Below are positions 46,046-56,585 of a stretch of 64,000 bases of DNA, piece after piece. The DNA comes from an uncultured delta proteobacterium (GTDB lineage Bacteria > Myxococcota_A > Polyangia > Polyangiales > Polyangiaceae), in contig CAWDXG010000001.1 in assembly GCA_963806225.1 (NCBI GenBank), positions 960,001 to 1,024,000 of the forward strand, in the 5' to 3' direction. The position numbers and the translations under genes were made by a program. Under the pieces are notes generated by a model. The model searched no databases, was not told the origin of the DNA, and saw only the letters and a program-made list of their open reading frames with translations. Position 1 is the first letter of the stretch, and every line of letters starts with the position of its first letter.

Positions 46046-46573
46046 TCAGGGTTTCGCGGGCGGGACCAGCTCGTCGAAGCTGTGGACCATGTCGAGGATC
46101 TTCTGGCGCTGGCCAGCTAGATCCTCGGTCGCCACCAGTTTGAAGCTCTGGACCTTCTGCTGGAGCTTCGAGAGGTCGCTGCCTGCCGCGGGCTGGCTCT
46201 CGCCGAGCAGCTTGGCGGCCGCGCGCATGTGCTGGTCGGCGATGCCGAAATTGCGCTGATCCATGGCGAGGAGCGCCAGGTGCAGCCGGCGTCGTGCTTC
46301 CAGCTGATCGACGAGCGACTTTTCCGAGTCGAGCTGGCCCTTGGTCTGCTTCTGGCTCTTGTCGATCTGTTCGACCTGATGCTTCGCTTCGGTGACGTGC
46401 GATGCCGTCTGCACGCGCCCCACCGTGTACGCCACGGCTAGAGCCAGCACTCCGAGCGCGCCCAGGATCAAGACGCGCTGCGCCTTCTTCTTTGCGGGCG
46501 AGGGAGGCGGTTTGGGTGCCGCGGCGGGAGCGCCCGCCGGACCGCCTGGGGGAGGAGGAGGCTTCATGGCCAT
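46046..46573 (-). CDS. Hypothetical single-TM coiled-coil protein
   Basis: Pro-rich N-terminus, TM helix, heptad region, NFGIA motif. Confidence 0.78.
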   Translation of the reverse strand: MAMKPPPPPGGPAGAPAAAPKPPPSPAKKKAQRVLILGALGVLALAVAYTVGRVQTASHVTEAKHQVEQIDKSQKQTKGQLDSEKSLVDQLEARRRLHLALLAMDQRNFGIADQHMRAAAKLLGESQPAAGSDLSKLQQKVQSFKLVATEDLAGQRQKILDMVHSFDELVPPAKP

Positions 46574-46671
46574 GGTCGCGCGATCTGTCGCAAAGGCTGA
46601 GCGGCGATGCAAGCCGCATCGGCGCCGGTCGGGTCAGGAACTTGACCCAGGTCACGAAAGGAACCAAATAA

Positions 46672-47907
46672 ATGGTCGTGATAATCGCAGATCCGTCCGG
46701 CGCGTGGCACGCCCCCACAGCCGGTCGAGATGCGCCGAAGGCCGCGAGCGAGCGCATCAACGCGGCGCTCGATTCAACGCTCTCCCGCAGCTGGCCTTTC
46801 TCGCACAACCGCGCGAATCTCGTTCTCGACGCGGGTGCGGAGGGTCGCTGGACGCTACAGGCCCGCGGCCGCCGGGTTTTCGTCCATCGCGGCGCCAGCG
46901 GGCGCCCGTCGGCGGTCGTGGAGGCCGACGCCAGCACCCTCGCGGAGCTTCTGGAAGGGCGCCGCTCGGGGACCGAGCTTTGGCTCTCCGGCGCGCTCCG
47001 GGTGCGCGGCAGCATCGCCCTGGCCCTGCAGCTCGAGGGTCTGATCCAGAGCCCAGCACGGCAGCTCCACTTCCCGCGGCCGCGCCGCCTCACTGCCTAC
47101 GGCATCGACACGTTCTTCCTCGAGGCCGGGCAGGGGCCGCCGGTGGTTCTGCTCCACGGCCTGGGCGCGACCAACGCTTCGATGCTGCCGACGATGCACG
47201 ATCTGGCGGTGGACCATCGCGTGATCGCACCGGATCTGCCGGGCTTCGGCGACTCGGCAAAGCCGGTGCGCGCGTACCATGCGCGCTTCTTCGCGCGCTG
47301 GCTGGTGTCGTTGCTCGACGAGCTGGGCATAGAACGCGCGCACCTGATCGGCAATTCGATGGGCGGTCGCATCGCGATCGAGGTGGCACTCTCGAACCCC
47401 GAGCGTGTCGAGCGGCTGGCGCTGTTCGCGCCGGCGGTGGCGTTCCGCAGGCTCCGGCAGCTCGTGCCGCTGGTCCGCGTGTTGCGCCCGGAGCTGGCCG
47501 CCATGCCGATGGCCATTCCCCGCTCGACCGTGATCGGCATGCTCGAGCAGATGTTCTCCAGAGGCGACCGTCTGCAGCAGGCCTGGTACCACGCCGCCAC
47601 CGACGAGTTCCTCCGCGTGTTCTCCTCGCGGCGCGGGCGCATCGCGTTTTTCTCCGCTGCGCGCGAGATCTACCTGGATCACCCGTTCGGGGAACGCGGT
47701 TTCTGGAGCCGTCTGCGTGGGCTTTCGCGGCCTGCACTATTCATCTGGGGCGACCGCGATCAGCTCGTGCCCGCGCGCTTTGCACGCCACGTGGAGGCAG
47801 GCGTTCCGGCAGCTCATTCGGTGGTCCTTCCGGATTGTGGTCACGTGCCGCAGTTCGAGCATCCCGACATCACGCACCGGCTGGTGCGTGACTTCTTCGG
47901 CGCCTGA
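46672..47907 (+). CDS. SCP2 lipid-binding domain fused to an alpha/beta hydrolase
   Basis: G.LRVRGSIALA (SCP2-like), LLHGLG, GNSMGG, GDRD, CGHVPQ; start uncertain. Confidence 0.85.
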   Translation: MVVIIADPSGAWHAPTAGRDAPKAASERINAALDSTLSRSWPFSHNRANLVLDAGAEGRWTLQARGRRVFVHRGASGRPSAVVEADASTLAELLEGRRSGTELWLSGALRVRGSIALALQLEGLIQSPARQLHFPRPRRLTAYGIDTFFLEAGQGPPVVLLHGLGATNASMLPTMHDLAVDHRVIAPDLPGFGDSAKPVRAYHARFFARWLVSLLDELGIERAHLIGNSMGGRIAIEVALSNPERVERLALFAPAVAFRRLRQLVPLVRVLRPELAAMPMAIPRSTVIGMLEQMFSRGDRLQQAWYHAATDEFLRVFSSRRGRIAFFSAAREIYLDHPFGERGFWSRLRGLSRPALFIWGDRDQLVPARFARHVEAGVPAAHSVVLPDCGHVPQFEHPDITHRLVRDFFGA

Positions 47908-48016
47908 AGCGCAGCTTTTGCCGAGGGTTTCGCCCGGAGCTCCGGTTCGAAGGGCTGGCGCGCCGCTTGCACGCCCTTGTCGAGAGCGCGCCTTCGTGCG
48001 CGCCGGGGGGAAAGTC

Positions 48017-49300
48017 ATGCCGCATCGACACGCCTACCGCGAGCCCGTCGCCCACGTCGACGCCGCCTGGCTGCGCATGGACACGCCGACGAACCTGATG
48101 CAGATAACCTCGCTCCTGGTGTTCGACGGCCGGCTCGACCCCGCCGCGCTCGAGCAGCTGATAGAAAAGCGGTTGCTGCCGCACGAACGCTTCCGCCAGC
48201 GCATCGTCGAGCACCGGCTCGGCGTACCCGAGTGGGAGCTCGATCCGCATTTCGATTTGCACCGGCATCTGCATCGCGTCGCGCTGCCTCGGCCGGGTGA
48301 TGACCGGGCCTTGGCCGATCTGCTGGGCGACCTGATGAGCACGCCGCTCGACCACGCGAGGCCGCTGTGGCAACTGCACCTGGTCGAAGGCTTCGGGTCC
48401 GGCAGCGCGTTGATCGCGAGGCTGCATCACTGCATCGGCGACGGCGTGGCGCTGCTCGGCTTGATGCTCGGACTTACGGAGGAGGGGGAGGGCGTGTCCC
48501 TGCAGGAAGTCGGCCTGATGCCGTCCAAGCCGGCCCGGGTCGTCGACGCCGCCAGACAGGTCGCCTCGCAGGCGCTCACGCTCGGGCGCTTGTTGATCCT
48601 ACCCTCGGATTCCCCCTCGCTGCTCAAGGGCGCGCTCGGCGTGCAGAAGCGCGCGGCCTGGTCGGGCCCCGTGCCCGTGGTCACCGTCAAGAGCATCGCC
48701 ACCGCACTCGGTGCAAAGGTCAACGACGTACTCGTGGCCAGTGTCACCGGCGCGCTCAGGGCCTACATGGAAGCGCGTGGCGGCTACCGCGACGAGCTCA
48801 CGATGCGCGCCATGGTTCCGGTGTTCCTGCGCAACGTCGGAGGCGATCACGAGCTCGGAAACCACTTCGGGCTCGTGTTCCTGGATCTGCCGCTTCGCGA
48901 GCCCGACCCGCTCGAGCGCGTGCGCCTCGTGAAGTTGCGGATGGATGTGATCAAGGCGGCGCCGGATGCGATGGTGTCGCTCGGTGTGCTCGATGCGATG
49001 GGTGTCGCCAGCACCGAGATCGAGCGCATCGGAGTCGACCTGTTCACGCGCAAGGCGAGCGTCATGATCACGAACGTCCCCGGGCCGCCGGCCGAGCTGC
49101 ACCTCGCCGACCATGCTCTCAGGAACATCATGGTGTGGGCGCCCGTGTCGGGGCACATCGGGCTGGGCATCAGCCTGCTCAGCTACAACGGCGAGGTGCG
49201 CATGGGCGTTGCCGCGGATACCCGGCGTGTACCCGACCCCGAGGCGCTGGTCGCCGCCTTCGAGCGGGACATCGAGCTCCTCCACGCGCGGACCTCGTAG
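48017..49300 (+). CDS. Wax ester synthase/diacylglycerol acyltransferase (WS/DGAT)
   Basis: VDAAWL.MD, PLDHARPLWQ, HHCIGDG, TNVPGP. Confidence 0.95.
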   Translation: MPHRHAYREPVAHVDAAWLRMDTPTNLMQITSLLVFDGRLDPAALEQLIEKRLLPHERFRQRIVEHRLGVPEWELDPHFDLHRHLHRVALPRPGDDRALADLLGDLMSTPLDHARPLWQLHLVEGFGSGSALIARLHHCIGDGVALLGLMLGLTEEGEGVSLQEVGLMPSKPARVVDAARQVASQALTLGRLLILPSDSPSLLKGALGVQKRAAWSGPVPVVTVKSIATALGAKVNDVLVASVTGALRAYMEARGGYRDELTMRAMVPVFLRNVGGDHELGNHFGLVFLDLPLREPDPLERVRLVKLRMDVIKAAPDAMVSLGVLDAMGVASTEIERIGVDLFTRKASVMITNVPGPPAELHLADHALRNIMVWAPVSGHIGLGISLLSYNGEVRMGVAADTRRVPDPEALVAAFERDIELLHARTS

Positions 49301-49303
49301 GCG

Positions 49304-50839
49304 CTAGGCCATGCCGAGCGTCAGATAGGGCAGCGCGTGGCGTGACCAGTCGATGCGCGGGCGGTGGTGCGAGAAGAGTCCGCCGAGCACGCCGAGCACG
49401 CGCGCGATCATCACGAACTCGGCCGGGATTCCGATGACTGGATCGGTGCGGCTGGCCTCGAGCAGGCCGCTGGCTTCGCCCAGGAGCTCGTCGCGCGTGG
49501 GCCAGCTGAAGGCCGCGCCACGGGCGATACCGTCGCGGATGCGCCCCAGCATCGCCTCCGCAAATGCATGCAGCGTGTCGGGCCGTCCGCTCTGCGTCCG
49601 GAACCCCAGCTTCTCGAACAGCTCCGCCATGGCGTGATGATCGCCGGTCAGGATGGCCTGGACCAATGTGCTGAATCCTGCGCGCACGGCGTCATCGAGG
49701 GTCTTCGTACAGCCGAAGTCGAGCAGCACCAGCGTGTGGTCGTCCGTGACCAGGAAGTTGCCGGGATGCGGATCGGCCTGGAATTCCCCGACCACCAGGA
49801 TCTGGTGCAGGTAGCTCTGGAGCAGGCGTCCCATCAGATCGCCCAGCGCCGCCTCGTCATCTGTCGACAGCTCCTCCAGTACCGCACTGATCTTCCGCCC
49901 GTGGACGTAGGGCGTGGTCAGTACGCGGTCGCCGCACAGCCCTTCGACCGGACGCGGCACCCGCACGCCCGGGAGCTCCGCGAGCTGGTCGGCCATGCGC
50001 GCCATGGCGCGGGCTTCGGCGCCGTAGTCGAGCTCGCCGCGCACCATCTCGCGCACCTCGCGTACGATCGTCGGGTAGTCGCCGGGCGGCAGGGTCGAGC
50101 GCATCGCCTCGATGAACGCGCCGAGGATCGCCATGTCCAGATCCACCAGATCCTCGACGCCGGGGCGTTGCACCTTGACGGCCAGCTCGCTGCCGTCGCG
50201 ACCGATGGCGCGGTGCACCTGCCCGATGCTGGCGGCCGCGACGGGCTCCTCGTCGAAGCTCTCGAACAGCTCGTCGAGCGGCGCGCCGAGATCGCGTTCG
50301 ATGAGCGCGCGTACCTCCTCGAAGGGCGCGGCGGGCGCGGCGTCCTGCAGTCCGGACAGCTCGTCGATCCACGCGCGGGGCAACAGGTCGGGGCGCGCGG
50401 AGAGGATCTGCCCGATCTTCAGGAATGCGCCGCCTTGCGCCACGCTCGTTTCGTAGAAGCGCCTTGCGTTCTTCGCGTGCAGGGAGGCGAGGCTACGCTC
50501 GGCGCGCGCGCGGCTCATGAACGCCGAGCGGATCGCGTACCAGCGATAGCCCGCGGTGACGCGTGTGAGCATCCACCCGGTGCCGGCGAGGCGGGCCTGG
50601 CGGTCGTGCCAGCGCCGCGTCGCGCCGGGCACGCTGCGCGCGCGGTCCAGCAGGCTGCCGACCTCGCGCTCCGCTGCGGAGTACGATTCGAGCGCCTCGT
50701 CCGCCACGCCGCGCAGCCGCCAGGCGGTCCGCTCGAGCCCCGTGAGCAGCTCGTCGAGCAGCGAGAGCCAGACCCGGAGCTCGGAATCGGGGCGGGCCGG
50801 GGGCTGGGACGCGTCGAAATAGGCGGTGTCGAGGGTCAT
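49304..50839 (-). CDS. ABC1/AarF/UbiB atypical kinase
   Basis: FLKIGQILS, AAASIGQVH, AVKVQRP, ELDY, ADPHPGN, LDFG; AAGGTG RBS before ATG 50839. Confidence 0.93.
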   Translation of the reverse strand: MTLDTAYFDASQPPARPDSELRVWLSLLDELLTGLERTAWRLRGVADEALESYSAAEREVGSLLDRARSVPGATRRWHDRQARLAGTGWMLTRVTAGYRWYAIRSAFMSRARAERSLASLHAKNARRFYETSVAQGGAFLKIGQILSARPDLLPRAWIDELSGLQDAAPAAPFEEVRALIERDLGAPLDELFESFDEEPVAAASIGQVHRAIGRDGSELAVKVQRPGVEDLVDLDMAILGAFIEAMRSTLPPGDYPTIVREVREMVRGELDYGAEARAMARMADQLAELPGVRVPRPVEGLCGDRVLTTPYVHGRKISAVLEELSTDDEAALGDLMGRLLQSYLHQILVVGEFQADPHPGNFLVTDDHTLVLLDFGCTKTLDDAVRAGFSTLVQAILTGDHHAMAELFEKLGFRTQSGRPDTLHAFAEAMLGRIRDGIARGAAFSWPTRDELLGEASGLLEASRTDPVIGIPAEFVMIARVLGVLGGLFSHHRPRIDWSRHALPYLTLGMA

Positions 50840-50862
50840 ATTGATCACCTTTTAGTGAGACG

Positions 50863-50891
50863 CATTTAACAGTGACAGTCATAGGTGTCAA
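50863..50891 (-). promoter_or_regulatory. sigma70-type promoter overlapped by the inverted repeat TGACA-N8-TGTCA
   Basis: Minus strand TTGACA-17 bp-TAAATG; inverted repeat 50873-50890. Confidence 0.65.
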
Positions 50892-51019
50892 TATGTGCCG
50901 GATTCACGCTGCGTGCCGCGGGCGCAACGCCAGCGTTGTCGGGCTGGCACACGACGGCGGACTTCGCGCCTGATTCCGGGCGCTTGGCGTTCGGCCTGCC
51001 ACTTGCACCGGGGGTCGAC

Positions 51020-51769
51020 ATGCTTCGTACCTTCCTCGTTGCTGGCGCCGGGTCGCTTCTGTTCGTGTCGCTGCCGGCGCGGGCCGCCGACGCGTTGCCG
51101 CCGCCTCCGCCACCTCCACCCGGCTACGACCAGCCCGCTCCGCCCTGGGCCGAACCCTCTGCCAGGCCGAAGCCGGCGCGCCCTCGCGAGCGCGCGCCGG
51201 CTCCGCCGCGCGAAAAGCCTCGGCCAGAGCCGTCTTCCGGGTCGCGGCGCCCGAGCCGTCCGGAAGCGTTCCGCGACAAGGTCCTCGTCCACATCCACAG
51301 CGACCAGCCGACGGCGCACTACCAGCTGGTCGACCCGGATTTCCCGGATCCGGTGGCGAGCTGCACCGGAAGCTGCACCATGCATGTCCTGCCGGGACAC
51401 TACCGATTGCACGTATCGCCAACGAGCAGCACGAGAGGCGGCACGACCAGCGTGCGGATCGAGCACGGCTCGCGCCTGGACGTCTCGCCACGCGGCTACG
51501 CCTCGCGCTGGGTCGGCCTCGGCACTGCCATCGCTGGAATGGGGACCATGGTGTCGGCCGTCGCCGTGATGGTCAAAGGCGGCGACAACAGTCTCCTGAT
51601 CGGGACCGCCTTGTTCATGACCGGCGCAGCGATGACACCGATCGGCTGGGTCGTCTTCGGCAAGAGCTTCCATCCCTCGGTGCGCGTCCTTGCCGCGCGT
51701 CAGGACGACGCCGCGTCGGTCCGGCTCGGCCTCGGCCCGGGCGGTCTGTCGTTCAGCGCGCGCTTCTGA
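51020..51769 (+). CDS. Exported Pro-rich hypothetical protein with PEGA-like domain and C-terminal hydrophobic helices
   Basis: Signal peptide ending ARA, Pro linker, C..C...PG.Y pattern, terminal Phe. Confidence 0.72.
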   Translation: MLRTFLVAGAGSLLFVSLPARAADALPPPPPPPPGYDQPAPPWAEPSARPKPARPRERAPAPPREKPRPEPSSGSRRPSRPEAFRDKVLVHIHSDQPTAHYQLVDPDFPDPVASCTGSCTMHVLPGHYRLHVSPTSSTRGGTTSVRIEHGSRLDVSPRGYASRWVGLGTAIAGMGTMVSAVAVMVKGGDNSLLIGTALFMTGAAMTPIGWVVFGKSFHPSVRVLAARQDDAASVRLGLGPGGLSFSARF

Positions 51770-51772
51770 AAA

Positions 51773-51810
51773 CGTAGCAAAATGTCGCAAAAGCGCGGCA
51801 ATTTGCTACG
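51773..51810. terminator. Hairpin between convergent genes
   Basis: CGTAGCAAA..TTTGCTACG arms around an inner GC stem. Confidence 0.55.
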
Positions 51811-53953
51811 AGTTCTGCGTCTCGTACACCTTGTGGATGTACTCGTCGAGCATGCGAGTCGCGGCGAAGCGAGGCGCGATGCTGCGTAGCGACGCTTTCA
51901 TCTTCTTGACCCAACCGTGCGGGATGCCGTCCGCCCCGCGCTCGTAGAACAGCGGCAGCACCTCGCCTTCGAGCAGATCATAGAGCGCGCCGGCGTCGCG
52001 GGCGTCCTTGGCGGCGTCGTCGGGATCGACGTCGCCGTTGATGGCCCAGCCGTTGTCACCGCTGTAGGCCTCCATCCACCAGCCGTCGAGCACGCTCAGG
52101 TTCAAGGCGCCGTTGAGCGCGGCCTTCATGCCGCTGGTGCCGCTCGCTTCGAGCGGTGGGCGCGGCAGGTTGACCCACACGTCGCAGCCGGCGACCAGCT
52201 CGGCGCCGAGCGCGAGATCATGATCCTCGAGAAAAGCGACCCGTCGGGCGACATGCGGTGAGGACTTGAGCGCAAACATGGTCTGCACGATGCGCTTGGC
52301 GCCCTCGTCGCTCGGATGCGCCTTGCCCGCGAAGAACAGCTGCAGCGGTCGCGGCCCTTCCAGCAGCCTGAGCGCGCGCCCCGCGTCGTAGGTGAGCAGA
52401 TGCAGGCGCTTGTACTCCGCTAGACGCCGCGCGAACCCGAGCGTGAGCACTTCGGGGTCGAAGTGCTCGGGCGCCTGGATGTAGTCGATGGGCTCGCCGC
52501 GGCGCAGCCGGTCGGCGATGCTGCGGCGACGGACCAGCTCGACCAGCTGGCGGCGCGCCGCCACGCGCTCCGCCCACAGCTCCTCGTCGGGAATACCCTC
52601 GACGGCGTCCCACGTCGCCGGCTCGGCAGTGCGCTCGCGCCAGCCGGGCGACAGGTGGCGGTCGAGCACCCGGCCGAGCGCTGGCGAGAGCCAGGTGGGC
52701 AGATGCACGCCGTTGGTGATGTGGAAGATCGGCACCCGGTCGGTGGGCACGCCGGGGAACAGTTCCTTCCACATGGCGCGAGCAGTGTCGCCATGGCGCT
52801 TGCTGACGGCGTTGACACTGCGGCTCATGCGGATGGCGAGCGGCGTCATCCCGGAAGGCTCGAGCGACTCCTCCGGGTGGATGCGCCCCAACCCGAGAAA
52901 GCCCTCCGTGTCCGTGCCGAGGCGCGCCGGGAAATCCGGCATGACGGACAGGATTTCGGCCGGCGCATAGCGCTCGTTGCCAGCGGCGACCGGCGTGTGC
53001 GTCGTGAACACGACGCGCTTGCGCACCCGCTCGCAGGCCGCCTGGAAGTCCGCGCCGGCGGCAACCTCGCGCGCGGCGAGCTCGAGTGACGCCAGCGCGG
53101 CGTGACCCTCGTTGAGATGGATGACGCCGGGCTCGATGCCGAGCGTTGCGAGCGCGCGGACGCCGCCGACGCCGAGCACACAGTACTGGGCGAGGCGCAC
53201 CGCAGGGTTCCCGTCGTACAGGCGCGCGGTGATCCAGCGGTCGATGATGGTGTTGTCGGGTAGCTGGGTGTCGAGCAGGTACAGGGGCACACGGCCGATG
53301 TCGACGCGCCAGATCTGGGCGCGCACCTCGCGGCCCCAGACGGGGATTGTCACGACCAGCGGCCTGTCGTCGCTGCCGGTGACGCGCACCGCCGCCAGCC
53401 GCTCCGGATCCGTATCGATCCAGTACTCGTGCTGCAGGCCGCTGGTATCGAGCCGCTGGTGGAAGTAGCCCTGGCGGTACATCAGTCCCACGCCGACCAG
53501 GGGCAGCGCGCGGTCGGAGGCCTCCTTCAGGATGTCGCCGGCGAGGCCGCCCAGCCCTCCCGCGTACAGAGGCAGCGACGCATGGACGCCGAACTCGGCG
53601 CAGAAGAAGGCGACGGGGTGCTCCGGCGCGACGCCGGTCGATGCGAAGGGGCGCGCGCGGTCGGCCTCGAGGGTCTCGGCGAGGCGGCCGACCCTTTCGA
53701 CGACGGCGTCGTCCGCGGCCGCCCGCTCCAGCGTTCGCAGGCTCACCTCCTGCAGGAAGCGGTACGGGCTCATGCCGCTGAGCTCCCAGCGGTGCGGATC
53801 GATGCTTCTGAACAGCTCGGCGCCGTCCGGCGTCCAGCTCCAGCGGAAGCTCGTGGCAATGCGCGCGAGCGGCGCGAGGCGCGGTGGCAGCCGGATCGCT
53901 ATGTTGGCGGCTTCGCGATCCACGTCGGCTCGGCCCGGAAATGTGTGGCTCAT
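51806..53953 (-). CDS. glgP: Alpha-glucan phosphorylase
   Basis: [40 protein letters not shown]. Confidence 0.96.
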   Translation of the reverse strand: MSHTFPGRADVDREAANIAIRLPPRLAPLARIATSFRWSWTPDGAELFRSIDPHRWELSGMSPYRFLQEVSLRTLERAAADDAVVERVGRLAETLEADRARPFASTGVAPEHPVAFFCAEFGVHASLPLYAGGLGGLAGDILKEASDRALPLVGVGLMYRQGYFHQRLDTSGLQHEYWIDTDPERLAAVRVTGSDDRPLVVTIPVWGREVRAQIWRVDIGRVPLYLLDTQLPDNTIIDRWITARLYDGNPAVRLAQYCVLGVGGVRALATLGIEPGVIHLNEGHAALASLELAAREVAAGADFQAACERVRKRVVFTTHTPVAAGNERYAPAEILSVMPDFPARLGTDTEGFLGLGRIHPEESLEPSGMTPLAIRMSRSVNAVSKRHGDTARAMWKELFPGVPTDRVPIFHITNGVHLPTWLSPALGRVLDRHLSPGWRERTAEPATWDAVEGIPDEELWAERVAARRQLVELVRRRSIADRLRRGEPIDYIQAPEHFDPEVLTLGFARRLAEYKRLHLLTYDAGRALRLLEGPRPLQLFFAGKAHPSDEGAKRIVQTMFALKSSPHVARRVAFLEDHDLALGAELVAGCDVWVNLPRPPLEASGTSGMKAALNGALNLSVLDGWWMEAYSGDNGWAINGDVDPDDAAKDARDAGALYDLLEGEVLPLFYERGADGIPHGWVKKMKASLRSIAPRFAATRMLDEYIHKVYETQNS

Positions 53954-53973
53954 CTGTCCCCCCTCTGATGCGG

Positions 53974-55347
53974 CTAGCCCGAGCGCAGGTGCCACCCGCG
54001 GGTCTGCACGAAGGCGCGGATGCCGTACGTCGAGAGCGTGCAGCCGACGCCCGAATGCCCGCGACCCGACCACGGCAGGCGCGGGCTCACGCGGTCGCAG
54101 CAGTTGACGTAGGCCGAGCCGACCGGCAGCTGGGACAGCAGGCGCTCGGCGCGCACCGTGTCGGGCGTGTAGACCCCGGCTGTGAGGCCGTATTCGGTAT
54201 CGGCCATGAGCCGCGCTGCCTCCTCGTCGCCGCTCACGCTCTGGATGCCGATGATGGGGCCGAAGCTCTCCTCGCGCATGACGCGCATCTCGTGGTTCGC
54301 ACCGGCGAGCACGGTGGGCTCGAAGAACCAGCCCGGTCGCTCCACGCGGTGACCGCCGGCGAGCAGGCGCGCGCCCTTCTCCAGGGCGTCGGCCGTCTGC
54401 TCCTGCATCAGGGCGATGGCGGGGTCGCGGCGGGCCAGGGGACCGATGTACGTGCTCTCGTCGCGCGGATCGCCCAGGACGAACCCGCGCACTGTTTCGA
54501 CGAAGGCGTCGAGGAAGCGCTCGTAGATGCTCTCGTGCACGTAGATGCGCTCCACCGCGCAGCAGCTCTGCCCGGTGTTGTAGAAGGCGCCGTCGGCCAG
54601 CGACGCCGCGGCGGCGGCGACGTCGACGTCCTCGCACACATACGTCGGATCCTTGCCGCCGAGCTCGAGCTGGACGTGCGCCAGCGATCGTGCTGCCGCC
54701 TGGGCGACGCGCAGGCCCGTCGCATACGAGCCAGTGAAGAACACGCCGTTCATCCGGTGGTCGAGCAGCGCGGCGCCCACCTGGCCGTTGCCGATCACGA
54801 CCGAGAACACGTCCTGTGGCACGCCGGACTCCGCGAGCAGATCGGCGATGGCGAGGCCTGTTAGCGATGCGTATTCGCTCGGCTTGTAGAGCACGGCGTT
54901 GCCCGCGATGAGCGCCGGCAGGATCACGTTCAGCCCGACGAACCACGGGTAGTTCCAGGCCGAGATGTTTGCCACGAGGCCGAGCGGCTCGAGCTGGATG
55001 CGTTCCGTCATGCCGGCGTCCGCGAGCACCACCTGGTCGGTGAGCGTGGCGGCGCTGTGCTCGATGAAGAAGTCGAAGCGGGGCAGGGTGCCGTCGAGCT
55101 CGTTCCTGGCCTGGCGGATGGGCTTGCCGACCTCGGTGGTGAGCTTGACGGCGAGCTCCTCGCGGCGCTCGACGACCAGCTCGCGGAAGCGGCGGATGGC
55201 GCTGATGCGCTGGTCGAGCGGGCGCGCGGCCCAGCCGGATTGGGCGCGCCGTGCGGCGTCGACCTTGGCGCGGATGTCGTCGGGACCGTCCACGGGTAGA
55301 TCGGCGACCTTCTCGCCGTTTGCGGGATTGATGATGGGCAAGCTCAT
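53974..55347 (-). CDS. Aldehyde dehydrogenase
   Basis: SAWNYP, KPSE, FTGS, LELGGKDP, GQSCC, EESFGP. Confidence 0.95.
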   Translation of the reverse strand: MSLPIINPANGEKVADLPVDGPDDIRAKVDAARRAQSGWAARPLDQRISAIRRFRELVVERREELAVKLTTEVGKPIRQARNELDGTLPRFDFFIEHSAATLTDQVVLADAGMTERIQLEPLGLVANISAWNYPWFVGLNVILPALIAGNAVLYKPSEYASLTGLAIADLLAESGVPQDVFSVVIGNGQVGAALLDHRMNGVFFTGSYATGLRVAQAAARSLAHVQLELGGKDPTYVCEDVDVAAAAASLADGAFYNTGQSCCAVERIYVHESIYERFLDAFVETVRGFVLGDPRDESTYIGPLARRDPAIALMQEQTADALEKGARLLAGGHRVERPGWFFEPTVLAGANHEMRVMREESFGPIIGIQSVSGDEEAARLMADTEYGLTAGVYTPDTVRAERLLSQLPVGSAYVNCCDRVSPRLPWSGRGHSGVGCTLSTYGIRAFVQTRGWHLRSG

Positions 55348-55476
55348 GTATCTGGAATGTAACGCGGATTGTCGCGCGCACCAGGTGGGCTGAACCTGGT
55401 CTGCGGCTGCCGGTCCGATTACACTTCCGCCCCCACGCGAGAGCGGGGGGACCACTACCCGCCCAGGAGCCAACCC

Positions 55477-56510
55477 GTGCCCAACGCCTACATCTCCGGA
55501 ACCGGTTTCTACGTGCCGCCGCGCGTGGTCACGAACGACTGACCTGGCCAAGCAGTACGGCATCGACACCACGCACGAGTGGATCGTCCAGCGCACCGGC
55601 ATCGAGGAGCGGCATTTCGCCGAGGAAGGTGTGGGCACGGCGGACCTGGCGCTGCGCGGCGTCCAAGCAGGCGATCGAGCGGGCGGGGATCGACAAGCAC
55701 GATCTCGACATGATCATCCTGGCGACGCTGTCGCCGGACCACGCATTCCCCGGTTCGGGCGTGTACCTGCAACAGAAGCTCGGGCTCTGCGACGGGGACA
55801 ACGCGAAGTTCGTGCCGGCGCTCGACGTGAGGAACCAGTGCTCGGGGTTCCTCTACTCGCTGGCGACGGCGACCTCGATGGTCAAGTCGGGCGCGGCGAA
55901 GCACGTGCTGGTGGTCGGCGCCGAGACGCACTCGGCCGCGCTGGATCTTTCGACCGCCGGGCGCACAGTGGCGTCGCTGTTCGGCGACGGCGCGGGCGCG
56001 GCGGTGGTGAGCGCGACCGAAGAGGATCGCGGTGTGCGCGGCTGGTATCTCGGTGCCGACGGCCGGCACGCGGACGTCCTTTCCCAGAAGGTGTGGGATA
56101 TCAAGAAGCGCCCATTCATCCCGCTGAACGAAGAGGGCGTCGGCCAGGTCCAGCCCGATCACATCTGGGCACAGATGAAGGGCAAGGTCGTGTTCCGCCA
56201 TGCCGTGGAGCGGATGATCGGCGTCCTGATGCAGGCGTGCATGGATCAGGGCATCACCCGCGACGACATCGACCTGTTCTTCTTCCACCAGGCCAACCTC
56301 CGCATCAACCAGTACGTCGCCGAGCAGGTCGGCATCCCGCCCGAGCGCGTGGTCCACAACATCCAGCGCTACGGCAACACGACCGCCGCCACCATCCCCA
56401 TCCTGCTCGCCGAGTCGGAGCGGAATGGAAAGCTGAAACGCGGCATGAAGATCGCGATGATCGCCTTCGGCTCCGGGTTTACCTGGGGCGCGGCGATCGT
56501 CGACTGGTAG
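55477..56510 (+). CDS. fabH: 3-oxoacyl-ACP synthase III family protein, two +1 frameshifts (near 55540 and 55655)
   Basis: [52 protein letters not shown] before GTG. Confidence 0.88.
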
Positions 56511-56585
56511 CGAGGTCGCGCCTGGCCCAGAGCCGCTGGCGAAGCCGGACACGGAGCCGAAGCCGAAGCGCAAGGCGGAAATGAT

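Noticed and set aside
51806..55381. 1191-aa phosphorylase fusion
   Set aside because: The N-terminal part is an off-frame read of the ALDH gene; glgP starts at 53953 with its own RBS
55376..55390. GCGCA-CCAGG-TGGGC as another regulon site
   Set aside because: One mismatch and no adjacent GG-N10-GC promoter found
55538..55545. Selenocysteine TGA in fabH
   Set aside because: Homology continues in a different frame, so the TGA results from a 1-base insertion
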